Counted from the first letter of the stretch, positions 1 to 13,506 are shown. The stretch is DNA of 64,000 bases from Cycas panzhihuaensis (GCA_023213395.1 CM041465.1:39005741-39069740), one strand, 5' to 3'. A program made the numbers and translations. Notes: generated from the sequence alone by a model not told the origin.

Positions 1-122
1 ACCAACTTTGGGCTAAGGATAAAGCAAAGAGAGGCTTCACTAAAAGAGGGCAAAGAGGACCATAAGTGGTGGTGCCCTCAAGGCACCTACACCTAAGAGG
101 GATTTAGGTATAGGAAATAAAG
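1..122 (-). repeat. Continuation of the LTR of Tat element X (host of element A), runs off the window
   Basis: Rejoins 18075 across the TAAAG duplication; reverse complement loosely resembles A-LTR ~2600-2720. Confidence 0.65.
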
Positions 123-3100
123 TGTTTTTCAGTTACGGGGAATGGGTATGGGCGAGTCGACTCAGGTAAGTACAGGTATGCTTCTATCCTTTGCCTTGGT
201 CTATTTTAGAAAGGTAGATTGAAGTGCCTCTTTATTTTTATTGAATGATTGATTGGTTCATTTGCACGACTATTATGCATCCATTGCCTAATCATACTAT
301 ATGATATCATTTCAGCCTATGATGATTTAGGGATATCAATCCCAATGGTACTTTGCAACCCTCCTATACATCTCCATGTCATCCCAAGCATCGTGCAACC
401 CTTGTGACCCGTTCACAACTCTGTTGCCATACCTCAACCTCTAGCACCTTGCCTAGGTGTCATTGATGTATGCTCATTCATTTATCGACCTTTTGGGAGT
501 TTTAGGTCTTTGGTACTTCACTGGCCTAGGTCTCTTCGATCCTATGACTATCCCCAACCATTTGGATAGAGGGTCATATCCCCCAGGCTTGGGGCACCTC
601 TCTTTTTGATCTCCAACCCTTTTTTCTTTCATTTTTGTGTATGTTGTTATCACACCATGGTAAAGATTGCGGTACTACTGCAAACTTTACAGTGCTACGA
701 AGTTTACCGTAGGGCAACCATCACACTTTATTTTTTAAAATCCGTCGTAGCAAATTTTGTATTTATTACGAAATTACCAGGTGGCTGAGTCGTATTCCCA
801 GCCCTAGCTGAACCCTAATTGCTTAACTGAGCTAGGGTTAGGTTTAAATCCCAAAAAAGACATCATTTCCTCCTCTTCTTCCACTGTCTTCAATCTCTCT
901 TCTCACTAACATAAGACATCTCCTGCAGAAATGCCCTACAACCCTTGAGATATTAACTCTCCAATTTGAGATCAGCCTCTTGCAGCCTTAGATTTGCAAT
1001 AGAAAGCACGAGATAAGGCTACCTTAAGCAAGATACGCTCCAAGCTTACCTCTAAGCACAAGCATCATGTCTTGATCAAGTTTCCTCTTCAGATTTGGTA
1101 GCCTCCATAGAGTTTCACCTGCAAACCTTGCAGGGCTGCCCTCTTCTCCCATTTCCTTAGGTAGATCGACTCCTGATCTGCCCCCTAATAGGTATTCTTC
1201 CTCCCTTATTACATTTGGCTTCTCTTAAATTGATCAAAAGTGGTTGGAATATCCTATAACATCCCTTGTTTCTCATATTTCTACTGTACATAGGAGGCAT
1301 TCCCTCCTCTTTTCATTCTCTGCTTGCCATTCCTTCCATCTCTTCCCTGGTTTCTCCAAGGAGACAGTGAGGAAGAGGCTCCAAAGAGGGTGAGTGAAAG
1401 GAGTCAAGGCGGGTTCCACAACCCAGTAAGGCCTTCTCCTCAAGGGCAACCCCCTTCTCCCCCTCTCGTCTTTCTCCTTTATGCTTCCCTTGGGCCACCA
1501 AAGAGCTCCCAGAAGAGAGGCCACTACTAGTAGCAGCATATGCAGACCATTATTGCACTTGCTCCAGCTTTATTAGCCTTATATAGGTAGGAATTGCAAC
1601 CCTTAGTTAGACCCTACTTTATCTTTGGGTATTAGATTAGTTTGGGGGTTACAAAAGTTGTACATCACAACTTTTACAATGTTAGCAACATCTGCAACTT
1701 TATTACAACTTGTCACCCCTATTTTAGGTTTCATTTTACTGTCTTTACTTCTTGTTTATGTGCTTAGACAGCGTGGAGGTCTGTGTCTTAGGGGGTTAGC
1801 CATTCTAAAGATAACCACCTTTCTTCTCTTTTCTTGTCTTCCTTGCATAGAGAAAAGTTGAAGATTGATCCTTAATATAAAACTTCTCTTGGTTAAGATA
1901 TTTTTCTTGTATTACTTTATGAATTTTGTATACATATGCATTTTGCTCCCTGGAAGCCCCTTGGGAAAGGGAAAGACTTTTTGACTACAGGTTTTTTCTC
2001 TTTGTTGCATGTGGAGGAGGAAGGAAACACATCAAAACAAGTATGTTCTTTCCCTCTCCTCCAATATCACTTTCAAGTCTATTCACATAGTCTTTTCCGC
2101 CTTTCTTTTCCACTCTTTGCCTTTTGATTTAGGGAAGGTAAGGAAGCCCCTGGCATCACTGCATCACGCTGCTCATATTCAGGGAAAAGAAAGAGGAAGG
2201 TGCATGTAACATGAGGGAACAAACTCATGTAACCTCCCAATTTTCTAAGTACACCACTAATCTTCCCTTGCCACTTCTTTTCTCTCGCTTAAAGTTGTTT
2301 ACTTGCATGCATAATACCTAAAAGGAAAAAGAGTAAAGTGAACTTACACATATCACTTACATATTCTTATTCCGCTTGCCCATTTAGAAAAGTGCATAAA
2401 GTAGAATTCGTATCTACTTACATTCGTGCTTGTTGCACATGCTTCTAGTTAGCCTTACATCTCATACATGCATGTTCACAACCCTTTAGCTAGCCTTGTT
2501 TACTTTTTTCCATTTCAAAACAAAAGGAGAGCGAGGTTATCACACTAGAGAGTAAACGAGAGTGCATTCATTTTATGATTTTCTATTTATTTGTAAAAAC
2601 ACAACATTATATTCCTCACTTCACCATAATACACCAAAGTACAACTCCTTACATGCAAAACGGTTGAAACCCTCCTTTTCACCATTGCCTCATATCCCCA
2701 AGTCTGCCTTAGGTATAGTGACCTAAAGAAGATCTTCCTTTTAGGCCACTCCTGCTTAGTCTTTGTCACACCTACCTTAGCTAGGTATCCTTAACATACC
2801 CTCTAGGTTGGTTTTTCTCCGGGGTTGGTCATCCAACCACCCCATTACGAGTGTGTGTCATCCTCTTGCTTGCTTGGGTATACCTCTCTTACACCCCTTT
2901 TATTCCACGTGGGGAGTCGTTCCCTTACTTACCTTTACCTCCCTCCTTCGGCCATCCAAGGGCAGAAGGACCTATCCCTTGAGGTTACTTGGGAAACTGA
3001 GGATATCCCTTATTCTTTCCACCCTTCAAACCAAAGCTGAGTTATCTAGAAGGGAGTTGTATGCCATTTGCAGGTCTCAAACCTACGTTCTGACGTGCAG

Positions 3101-3215
3101 ATGCCCTTTGCGGGTGATCTCTTTCACTTGCCAGATCGATCCTAGATTCTGAAACCCTTCATTAATCGATCTAATCTTAACCAAGTGTCGTTACCATCCT
3201 ATAGGAACGATTCCA
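123..3215 (+). repeat. 5' LTR of element A
   Basis: Colinear with 14997-18069, roughly 85% identical by eye, mostly transitions; TG...CA termini. Confidence 0.95.
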
Positions 3216-3216
3216 T

Positions 3217-3233
3217 TGGTGACCATACTAGGA
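3217..3233 (+). promoter_or_regulatory. Primer-binding site, probably tRNA-Arg
   Basis: TGGTGACCATACTAGGA 1 bp after the LTR end; resembles the deaminated complement of the plant tRNA-Arg 3' end (TGGCGACCACAGTGGGA), the primer typical of Tat/Ogre. Confidence 0.7.
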
Positions 3234-3419
3234 ACCCACCAGTAAGGGATCAATGCTTCCTCCCTTCCTATTGGTGCTACTTCTTCTAGGTGGCTCTCTT
3301 TGGTTTTGTTGGGCAGCCCCCAAGGTGCACACCACTTTATCTCTCCTACTTTCCTCCAACCCATAGGTAGGACTTGTATGTGACGATTCTCACATTGCTT
3401 ATGAGTTCTACCTCTGTTA

Positions 3420-5174
3420 TTGGAAGACTCCTCATATCACTCTCTTCCTTCGTCATATTCTGATTTGACTATAAAGGGATTTCCCTTGGATTGGGCATAT
3501 CATACCTACGTATTCGAATCACATAAGCCTTCTACTTCTTTTCAAGGGTTCACCGAAGAGGGTGAGGATCCTATCTTTTATCCGGGTGACCAACAACATC
3601 CACAACTCCACCATCTCTCTACTCATGAAGTAGAGGCTTCATCCCCTCTAGAGTTTCACCACCATGATGGTGACTCTCATGAGGATCATCCTACGGGGTC
3701 CACTTCGTATGAGGTTCTGTCTACCTCTTATGATCAAGTGGATACCCCTCTTGTTGATGTGGTAGAAGCCCTTAGCCAATGCTTCCAAGCCACCATCTCC
3801 AACCATATTCTAAGTGGTTCGAGAATGTCTTGTGAAGCATCGCGCTTCCTTCTTCTACATCCCCCTTACCTCGCTCATCTTGTTTGACTTCCCTACCTAT
3901 GATGAGCCTACCTCTCACTTCATCTTCTTCTCCTCATGGCCTATGTTCCTTAGGGACCGACCCAAGGCATGTCCTCTTCCCAACTTGGGTTGAGCATGCC
4001 CCCGTCTAGTCAAATGACTATTCCTCCTCTGACAATAGTCTATCCACCACCTATTAGATCTAAGGGACTCACATGTGCCCCTACTTCTAGCTATATGGGG
4101 TTTGCCCCTACACACTCTCAACTCCAACCTAGGGATCCTTCCCTTTACATGCCTCCATGTTACATATCTCAACCATGGGGGCACGACAAGGGAAACTCCC
4201 TTCCAGCTTTTGGGGTGGACCCTTTGCACCCATATGGGGTCGCACCACCCACGAGTAGCTTATATGGGCAAAACCCAGTCCCTCACCCCTCTTTTCTATC
4301 CTCCTATGTCACACCTCATGTTGCACCTTTGCAAGGAGGGCAAGTCCCCTCCCAAGGAACTTTCTCTTAAGCTCCTTTCTAACAAAGAGCATTTCCTCAA
4401 GGAGGAATGGGTCCATCACACCCATCCGCTCCTATGCATGTCCCTTCGAATGTGGGATTCATATCTTCTCACCAAACGGGGGGAAGACAACATCCCCTTT
4501 TAAACCAAACCTTCCAAGGAGGATTTGGGCAACCTTGTCTACCTCCTCTTACATCTCTCGTCGATCCTATGGTCCAGTCAAGGGCACACCCCTTTATGGA
4601 CTATATATTGAAACCCCTATCCATTGAGGCGCTAAGGACCAACTTACCACCTCACCTTCCTGAGGTTCCTAAATTTGATGGGACCTCGTCATAGGACCCA
4701 ATAGAGCATGTTCGTAGCTTTTTTATGGCATGTATTGATTACTAGGCCTATGACCATTTCCTTATGAAACTCTTCCTATGATCCCTTCAAGGTGATGCCC
4801 TTAAGTGGTTCTATCGCCTGCTAGTACATTCCATCTTTTCATTCCAACAGCTCGTGGATGAATTCGTTAACTATTTTGATGTAGCTCGTCTATTCGAGAG
4901 TGGAATGAAAGCCCTGTTATCTATCAAACAAGGTCACAATGAGATGAATCATGACTTTGTGAGATGCTTTCATGACCTTCTTCACTCCACCAAGGCAACT
5001 ATGCCTGAGGAGTTAAAGAGGGACCTCTTTGTTAACGCTCTTTGCCCAAAAGTCCACATCGAAGTCTTTAAAATGGGGGCAACTACATGTGACTCCGCTG
5101 TAACCAAGTGCTTGGCGCTTGAGGCCTTTGAGATCCAAGCTAGACTTACGAAGCCTCTCAAGCCCTTACAATGA
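3420..5174 (+). pseudogene. gag: gag of element A (Pro-rich N-terminal extension plus retrotransposon capsid domain)
   Basis: PKFDG...DPIEHV, LQGDALKWFYRL, SFQQLVDEFVNYF, LLSIKQG motifs at 4660-5170; multiple stops. Confidence 0.85.
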
Positions 5175-6047
5175 CGTGAGGTACCTCCACCACCCCGAGA
5201 GACCAAAATCCAATAGCCTGCCAAGTCTTTTTCCCATTCGACCAAGAAGACCTTGGATCCTCTCACCTCCACCATACGTTCATTCAAATGTACCATGAAG
5301 GAGCTCAAACTCCAGGCTCCTTCATTCCCTACCTTACATAAACCAGTCCATCAGACTTCTTAAGCCGCTCCCCCAAAGGGTAGTAACACCCAATCCTCTC
5401 CAGCGAAGAAGCTCAATTCCTCCCTTGAGAAGAAGTGGTGTTCTATCCACGGGGAATATTTCCATGAAGATTGATAATGCTGGGTCTAGCACCGTAAAGC
5501 TGCCCCGCAACGTGATTCTTCTCCCAAACAGGCATCTAGGCCTAACTTAGACCAGCCCATCCATAGAGATCCCTTCCCTAAACATGGGGAATGTGATCAC
5601 AACAACCAACAAAAAGGTAATCGAAATAGAGGAATATCCCCAAACTCTCATCCTTCGCAAGCCAAGGGGAAGGGTGCGAGGAACTCATCATCTTCCTCTG
5701 GTTCTCCTGACCATCGCACTCCTTCACATTCTCGATCCTGAAACAAGGGAAAGAAGGTCATCTAGATGCTTGAGACCACACCATTGTATGCCTTAACCTG
5801 GTCTTAAGAAACTAAAGAGGTGAATGATACCTCTTTATCCACACCTCACCTTGACCCTTTTCTAGAAGTCCCCGCACTCCCCAAGACTATTCCTGTGCAC
5901 CCAGATCACTATGACTTTTGAAGAGTTCTTTCCCAACCTACCATAAAAAGGAAGCCCTTCTCCATTGTTGATGAGCTGCACACTGTGGCCGTAGGGATGT
6001 CCATAATGGATGTCTTAAGGAGATGCCCTGAATAATGTATACTCTTT

Positions 6048-9000
6048 TTGGAAGCCTTGGGATTAAGTGACGTGTCTATTTACACCTTGGGCATTGCCCT
6101 AAGTCGTGAAATCGTTATTTCTTTCGACCTCAAGGATATTCCTCCAACTGATGAAAGGGAACGCCAATGGTATTTCCTCTTCACCGTAATTATTGACACT
6201 CCTGACTGTACTCTATGGAGAACCATTGTTGATAATGGTTCTTCCGTTAATGCCATGCCCTTACGCATCATGCAAAAGCTTGGCATATTAGGCTTGGAGC
6301 TAGTTCCATGGAGATGTCAAGGCTATGATGGTAGCGAAAAGACACCCTTGGGATTGATGTCCATCCTTTTTACTCTTAAGGACAAGACTATCCTCACTGA
6401 CATGTAGTTCTTGACATTGTCATTGACTATAACCTTTTGTTGGGACGCCCATGGCTCAACCAGATGGGAGCCGTATATTCGTCCGGATGGGGACAACTTA
6501 AATTCATCCATGAGAGGCAGATGAGAGTTGTCTCCTGGGAGCCTCCTCACACCAAATAACCTCGTCAACCCCGTTAAGCAGTTCATGGTCAAGTAAAGGG
6601 CGACAAGGGTCTTTTTGCTCATGCTTCCACTTGTTCCATCGACATCCCTGATCTGTCCCCTTTGGAAGAAGGTCCATTGTCTTCTTCTTCTAACCTTATA
6701 CGCTTCACCCCTATTGGTGTGGGGAGCTATGGGTATCTCGTCATACTTAGCGATGATGAGTCTGATGGTGAGGATGAGGACTTTCCTCATCCCATCTCTC
6801 TTCTAGGCATGAGTAAGGGGCACTTCCTTCATTTTAGGTCCCAACCTGAAGCCCCCACTATTGAAGAAACTAGCTTTTCCCTTAGATCATATGTTATCGC
6901 TCTTGTTGACCAGACGAGCTCTCGTATTATTGTGTCTCCCTCTTCGTTGCCTCCTGTAGGTGACGAAGCAAGGGTGCCTCCTATCACTCCTCATAGGAGA
7001 ACTCTTTCCAACTCTTCTAAAGAGTCCCTTCGATATGTCGAGTGGTGGATTGACCACTATGGTCCCATCGCTTCTTCTACCCTTCTCTCCTTATCTTCTT
7101 AAGGTGTGGTCATCCATGTAGTGGATTACTTCAAGGATGATGAGGCTTTTCTTGAGCATCTAGCGGGCTCCATGCCTAATCTCCCTACTGGTCACCATAG
7201 GCTTGGTCACTAGAAGGTCCTATCTATTGGGTCATCCCTCGCCAACCCAAATCCATCTCCTATTCTGCCCCCTCCTATTGACCGAGCCCCCTTTCACTTC
7301 GAGGAAGGGAATGCTATGTGCATGGGGGAAACTAAGGACATAGTCCTTGCCCTAGGTAAAGTCATAAAGTTAGGAGCAGAATGCTCTCCTAATGAAATGG
7401 AGTACACCCTTTTGTTCTAGGAATTCTGAGACATCTTCGTATGGGATTATTCTGATATGAAGGGAATAGACCCTTCGATCATTATCCACAATCTTACCAC
7501 CATGTTGGGTGCTCACCCCGTACATCAAAAATAGTGCCCTCTTCATCCTAAGCTTTTAGCTGTTATCAAGATGGAAGTCGAAAAACTTCTAAATGCAAGG
7601 TTAATCACTTTTATCAACTACCCTAAGTAGATGTCTAACATTATCCTTGTTGCCAAAAAGAATGGGACAATTAGGATATGTGTTAATTTTTGTGATATCA
7701 ACAACGTGTGTCCTAAGGACAACTTCCCACTTCCCTTCATCGATTAAATCATTGAACGAACTATTGATTTTGAAGTCATATCCTTTATGGATGGCTTCTC
7801 AGGCTATAACCAAATCTAAATTTCTCCTGAAGACCATCATAAGATGGCCTTCACTACCCCTTGAGGCACCTTTGCCTATAAGGCGATGCCCTTTGGGCTA
7901 AAGAATGCAGGCGCTACCTACTAAAGGGCGATGCAATTCATCTTTCATGATCTTATTAACAAAATCTTAGAGGTTTTCATGGATGATATGATGGGTCTCT
8001 CACGCATTAGAGCCCACCATCCTTCTAATTTATAAGCCATCTTCATGCGATGTCACAAATACTATGTAAGCCTCAACCCTCTTAAATGCGTGTTTGCTGT
8101 AACAACTAGCAAACTCCTTGGTTTCCTTGTCTCTAAACAAGGAATCTAAATTGACCCTAACAAAGTCAAGGCCATCCTTGACATGCTACCTCCTAAAACC
8201 CAATGATAGATCAAGTCGTTCTTAGGTAGGCTTAGATTTCTTAGGCATTTCCTGGCAAATTTCGCCATAAACGCCAAACCCCCTACCAACCTGTTAAAGA
8301 AAGGGGCCTCATTTGTTTGGTCTTCAAAGGCCCAACAAGCCTTCAAAGAGCTCAAGGAAGCCCTTGCTTCTGCCCCAACGTTGTCATCCCCTCTCTTTGA
8401 TAGACTGTTCATTCTCTATACTTCGACTACCGATGAGTCCTTGGACACTATGTTAGCCCAAGAGGATGATTCAGGAACCGAGAGGGCCAACTATTTATTA
8501 GTCGCACTATCATGGCTATTGAGCTTAACTACTCCCCTACCGAGAATGAGTGCCTCTGCTTGGTGCATGCTACTAAGAAGTTTAGGCACTACTTACTCGG
8601 AAACACTACTAAGGTGATCATCTAATCTGATCCCCTAAGATACTTGCTTGCCTGATCTAACTTGACAGGTAGGACTGGTAAGTGGGCTGTCCTTCTTTAG
8701 GAATTTGACCTCCAAATCGTTAACAGGAAGTCAAAGAAAGGGATGGTGGTGGCTAAGTAACTTGTTGACACCCCTATCCCAAACCCTTTTAGTATTCTTG
8801 TTGACGACTCTTTACCTGACGAGCACATTTTGGCTGTTCAGGATTCTCCTCCTCATCCACTTACTAATAGTGACTGGTATGGAGACATTGTATAATACCT
8901 CACCCAGCAGTAGTACCATCCGGAAGCCAATGACAAAGTTAGGTTGTGCATTCGAGCTACTGCCAGGTAATACTTCCTCATGGGTGAAGTATTGTATAAG

Positions 9001-10107
9001 AGATCTTTTAATGGGATCCTTCTCCGCTGCGTCAACTCTGATGAAGGGAACCAAATACTTCGTGAATTCCACAACGGCATTTACGGAGGTCATTTTGGGG
9101 GCCAATCCATCGTTCATATGGGGTATTACTGGCTGTCCCTTTTCAAGGATGCCCACACGTATGCCCTGAGATGTCGGTAGTGCTAACAGCATGCCAACAT
9201 CACCCACTTGCCTTCCAAGGCCCTTCATCCCATCATATCTCCATGGCCCTTCTCCTAATGGGGGTTAGACCTTATCAGAGCTATATCTCCACCATCTTCA
9301 TCGCATCATAAGTTCATCTTGACTACTACGGAGTACTTCACCAAATAGGCTGAAGCCATTCCTTTGTCTTCTACTACTGGCAAGATGATAGCCACCTTCG
9401 TCTACCAACAGATCATTTGCCATTTTGGAGTCCTCGACGTCCTGATCATGGATAACGGAACTCTTTTTTGTAATAAGGAAATGGATGAACTTTGTGAAAA
9501 ATTCAAAATTTCTCACAAAACCTCATCTCCATATTACCCCTAGGCTAATGGCCAAGTTGAGTCATTTAATAAGACCCTTATAAATATCTTAAAGAAAACT
9601 ATAGTCCAATCTCAAAAATATTGGCATCTTCAGCTTCCTTCCACTCTATGGGCATATCGTAGGTCTATCCACACAGCTACGAGAATGATCTCTTTCTCCC
9701 TAGTGTACGAAACAAAGGAGATTCTCTCATTGGAAGTGGAGATTCCCTCTTTATAAGTCTCCCTTCAGAGTCTTGTTGATGAGGAGTCTCTCTGTCAGGC
9801 TCGCCTCTTAGACCTCAAGGCCTTAGATGAGAGGCGCTTGATCGCTTACTAAGTGAATCTCGCTTCTAAGGCCACGATGCGAAGGACATATGACAAGCAC
9901 CTTCGTCGCTACCCTTTGCATCTTGGGGTCCACGTCCTCAAATTAGAATATCTCCATGATCACCTATCCAAGTTCAAACCTAAATGGGTTGGCCCTTTCG
10001 TCATTCTCGAGAACCTCGATAATGACGCTTACAGGATGACAACCTTAGAAGGTCTCGAATTCGAGAAAGTCGTTAATGGAAAGTTCCTAAAGAAATTTTA
10101 TATATGA
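6048..10107 (+). pseudogene. pol: pol of element A: protease (~6200-6480), RT (~7400-8150), RNase H (~8200-8750), integrase (~8900-10107)
   Basis: IVDNGSSVN protease site; MDGFSGYNQI, MPFGLKNAGATY, FMDDMM RT motifs; FILYT..D RNase H; H..GGHFG/C..C zinc finger, NGQVE, KFKPKWVGPF and VNGKFLKKFY integrase C-terminus; many premature stops. Confidence 0.93.
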
Positions 10108-10699
10108 CCATTTCTTTCTCTCCTTTCACTTTGAAATGAGCCTAAACTACTACCCTAGGTGCGTCCCTATTCCCCATAGTCACAGGTGGAATGACGATTT
10201 AGGGTGGCTTTCTCACTCCTTTTGGGTTCCTTCCATAGAACCCCTTGTCCCTCTTTCTCTGGGGGCCCCGTCCTCCTAATTGGGTGTGTTGTCCCTGTCA
10301 CTCCTGAGCCTGGAAATACTCCTAAACTAGGATGGCGTGCTCAAGTATCATTACTCCCTTTCCCACTAGTGCTTCCCTTGCATATTCTGCTATGCTCCTA
10401 TGTGGACGTTTATGCCTCCTTATCTCCCCCCACATACGCCTATCACTGATGCTCATGGTGATTGTGTGTGCTTGCTAAGAGTGTGGCCCTGCATGAAAGG
10501 AAGTGTGTGCAACTCAAACAATCTTATAACACAAACCATATAATAATAAACTCAAATCATCATGATCTATAGCTCCCCGTGTATTTGTGCACTCATATAC
10601 GTGTATATACAAACATCCACGCAGAAAATAAATGCAAGACAATACATCATCATGTATCATCGCATACTATCATTTATCAAATGGGGTACCAATGGCCCC

Positions 10700-13480
10700 G
10701 TCTATATGCATAAAAAATCATAATATGTCAAATCATACAAATGGTATGGTACATCATTTGTGGAAAGCCAGAATCCTTACAGGGAGGAGTACAATCATGT
10801 GGTAATATATGGTGACTCCCTAGAGGTCAGGTGCTTTCCCAAATTAAAACCTAGTACATCCTACTCTCTGACACTCCTTTGCTTACGGCGCGTTATCTCC
10901 TGGTCGATGCGATCCCTCTCTAGGGGACCACATCACTCCTAAGCTCCTCCTGCGCCTTTGGGAGCTCCTTGCCTCGTTTCCCTCATCCTAAGGCCTCCTT
11001 AGGGTTGTCGCTATCATGTGTATATGAGTCTGACTCCATAACGACCTTGATGCCACCTGATCCACCAACTAATTATATCATGCCTGGATATGATCTCTCT
11101 CATCCTCTACTCCTCGAAGCCTCTCCTCCATCCCTCAGGGTTGCTCCTCCAGCACTACCACTTGGATGTGACTCTCTGTATTGCCACCTGCTCCTCCCTG
11201 AGGCTCCAGTGCCTGGACATAACCTCATAGGATATCTCTCTCTACTTTGGTCCTGTCTAGCTCTCCTTGGAGTTGTCCCACTCTCGCCTTGCGCTCTTGG
11301 GACTCCTCTACCCACACATCTCTAGCCTTGACCAATGGGATAAATGCCATTGTATGAGCCCCTATTGACTGTGGATCCTCTCCCACTTAGATGGGAGGAT
11401 GCCCCTGTACATAGGCCTAGGGGAACATCCCCCAGACTATTGCCTTGACCAACCTCCCCATCTTCACTGCTCTTGCAAAGTCGAACACACCATATGTTAG
11501 TATATACATCTGTATGTATATACCAAATAAACCAAGCCAGAATAAAGCATCTAGATACCTAGTGATCGAAAGACGATAGGAAAATGTAGTGTCTCACCTC
11601 CCGACCCCTTGAGTTAGATGACCACCTCCTCCTTGGGACCTCCCCCAGCTGTTGGTACCTCCTCCTCCTCTGGTACCACCTCGTAAACAACCTGGCCTGT
11701 CGGAGCATCACCTCCACCTTCCTTAGCTACTACTGTTGCCACAGCTCTAGCTCTCCTGACTATCCTCAACCTCCTGATTAGTGTGCGTGGTGGTCTACCT
11801 CTCCCTAAAGTTCCTAACGGACCCGCCTCTCCTCCTATGGCCCCCGAAAGCCCTCCCTCACCTCCTGCGGTCCTTGGTGGACTTGCCTCGTCACCTGCCA
11901 CTCCTGATGGGCCTGCCCCATCACCTCCACTATCACCATCATCATCTCCTCTAGGCCCTCCTCTTGCTCTGCCTATCTCATCATCACCATCCCACCTCAC
12001 CCCTCTATATGGGTCTATCATATAATCTGCCATGGTGAGGAGGTCCAGTGATGTCGCCTGCACTAAGCGTCAGACATGTGCTTGATCCTCAGTCCCCCTA
12101 AACCGAGTCTGCCATCTATGGGCCATGGGAGCCCACACTGAGATAGGGTGTAGCCCTCCCGCTGGTGGGACCGCTTCGAAGTGATAAAAAAACCAGTACT
12201 ACCACAATGTGCTATAAGAAAAACCTCCTCTCCCGGTCACTCTGATGGCGTCTAGTTGGGCGATCAGGTTCGCCGCTATAAGGGTGGCCCAGTCCATCCT
12301 CTCCCCAGTCTCACATCTCCTCACTGTGTCCATCCAGTCACTGGGAATGTCTCTATAGTTTTGTTTACAGGAAATCTGGAATAGAATACCCAATGTGATC
12401 AATTTCCTCACACGAGCAATCTGTGACATAACCATGCTCTGAACAAATATCCCTCACCTCTCTCACTTGTCCTGACCTGTGAAGAATGCAGTAGCCTCTT
12501 TGTGTGCAACATCATTAATAGGTAATGCCCCTAGTGAAACTAGTACCCCTACCACTGGTACTCCTAGGATCCTCCATATGTCTCCTAGTATGATAGTAAC
12601 GTCCTCTACCTAGGGGAGGTGAAATATGTGTCGCCTGCGATCCTAGTGCGAGATGATATCAACTAGAAGATGCCGATTCGAAGTATACTACATCATCCTA
12701 ATGACCTTTAGCATGCCACATCTCCCTAAAATCTACTTGTCTCCCTGAGTTAGCATCTCTATTAAACTCATCATCGCAACGCCAATGTTCGCGTGATTGT
12801 CCACCATAATAATCGCCTGTCAAGCATCCAAAACTAGTCAGAACACCTGTGTATCTATCTGCCTACCTTCAAGACTACATCTCAACCCCTCTTGGCTGAG
12901 TTTGGCACTCCTTTGGGCCATCTTTTACTTTTTTAGTTGGTTGGCCTCCACCCCGCGCTAAACTCTGCGGTACCGCAGAGTTTAGTATGGGGCCCCACTG
13001 AGTTTTTATCTCCATCTCAGCAGCCCCACAACAAATTTCGCAGCACCATGATCTTTGCTACTGGGCTAGTGACACCCCCACAAAAGGGGGGGATTTCACC
13101 TAAATAACCCAAAATTTTTTCTAGGGTGGGCTACACTCGAGCCCACCAAGATCAGGGCTACCTAATGCCCTAGTCCTCCCTCTCTCTAGGCCTAATTCAG
13201 GCTCTAGGAGATCCCATTATGCCCTTAAGGGGCCCAAAACTACCTAACAAAAGCTTAAAAATACATCAACTTTGAATGAAGAAATGGAAAGGGTAAGGGG
13301 CGATCCACTCACTGGATATGGCCTAGCTATCACCATCTCATCTCCTAGGTCCTGATGGCTATCTTCGCGCCTTAATCCAATGGTCTGATCTCCCTTCGCA
13401 TGCCTCTGAAGTTAGGCAGTGCTTCGCTACGTAAGGAAAAGGGCTCTGAATCGATCGTGAGCCTGTGAAAATGAATCATG
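10700..13480 (-). pseudogene. Antisense, intron-containing plant mobile domain (PMD / aminotransferase-like) gene inside element A
   Basis: Minus-strand translation LLVDIISH*DRRRHIFHLP*VEDVTIILGDIWRILGVPVVG (~12540-12670) matches the PMD motif ERW..ETHTFHLP.GE.TITL.DV..ILGLP; ORF 12199-12435 (DWATLIAANL); GT-AG introns at 12817-13312 and ~11473-11597; G/P/D-rich and coiled-coil-like C-terminus. Confidence 0.8.
12958..12985. repeat. Perfect 28-bp palindrome in intron 1 of the PMD gene
   Basis: CTAAACTCTGCGGT-ACCGCAGAGTTTAG. Confidence 0.9.
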
Positions 13481-13495
13481 CTTTCGCTGAGTTTT

Positions 13496-13506
13496 CCATA
13501 TATAGG
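13496..13506 (-). promoter_or_regulatory. Candidate TATA box of the antisense PMD gene
   Basis: CCTATATATGG on the minus strand upstream of the first predicted exon. Confidence 0.45.

Noticed and set aside
606-3152. Short ORFs recurring in both LTRs of A (e.g. 1625-1861 and 16494-16736)
   Set aside because: Recurrence is explained by LTR duplication; no domain motifs and frames are not consistently preserved
11783-12025. Plus-strand Pro-rich ORF resembling extensin
   Set aside because: Shadow of the Gly-rich minus-strand PMD gene exon
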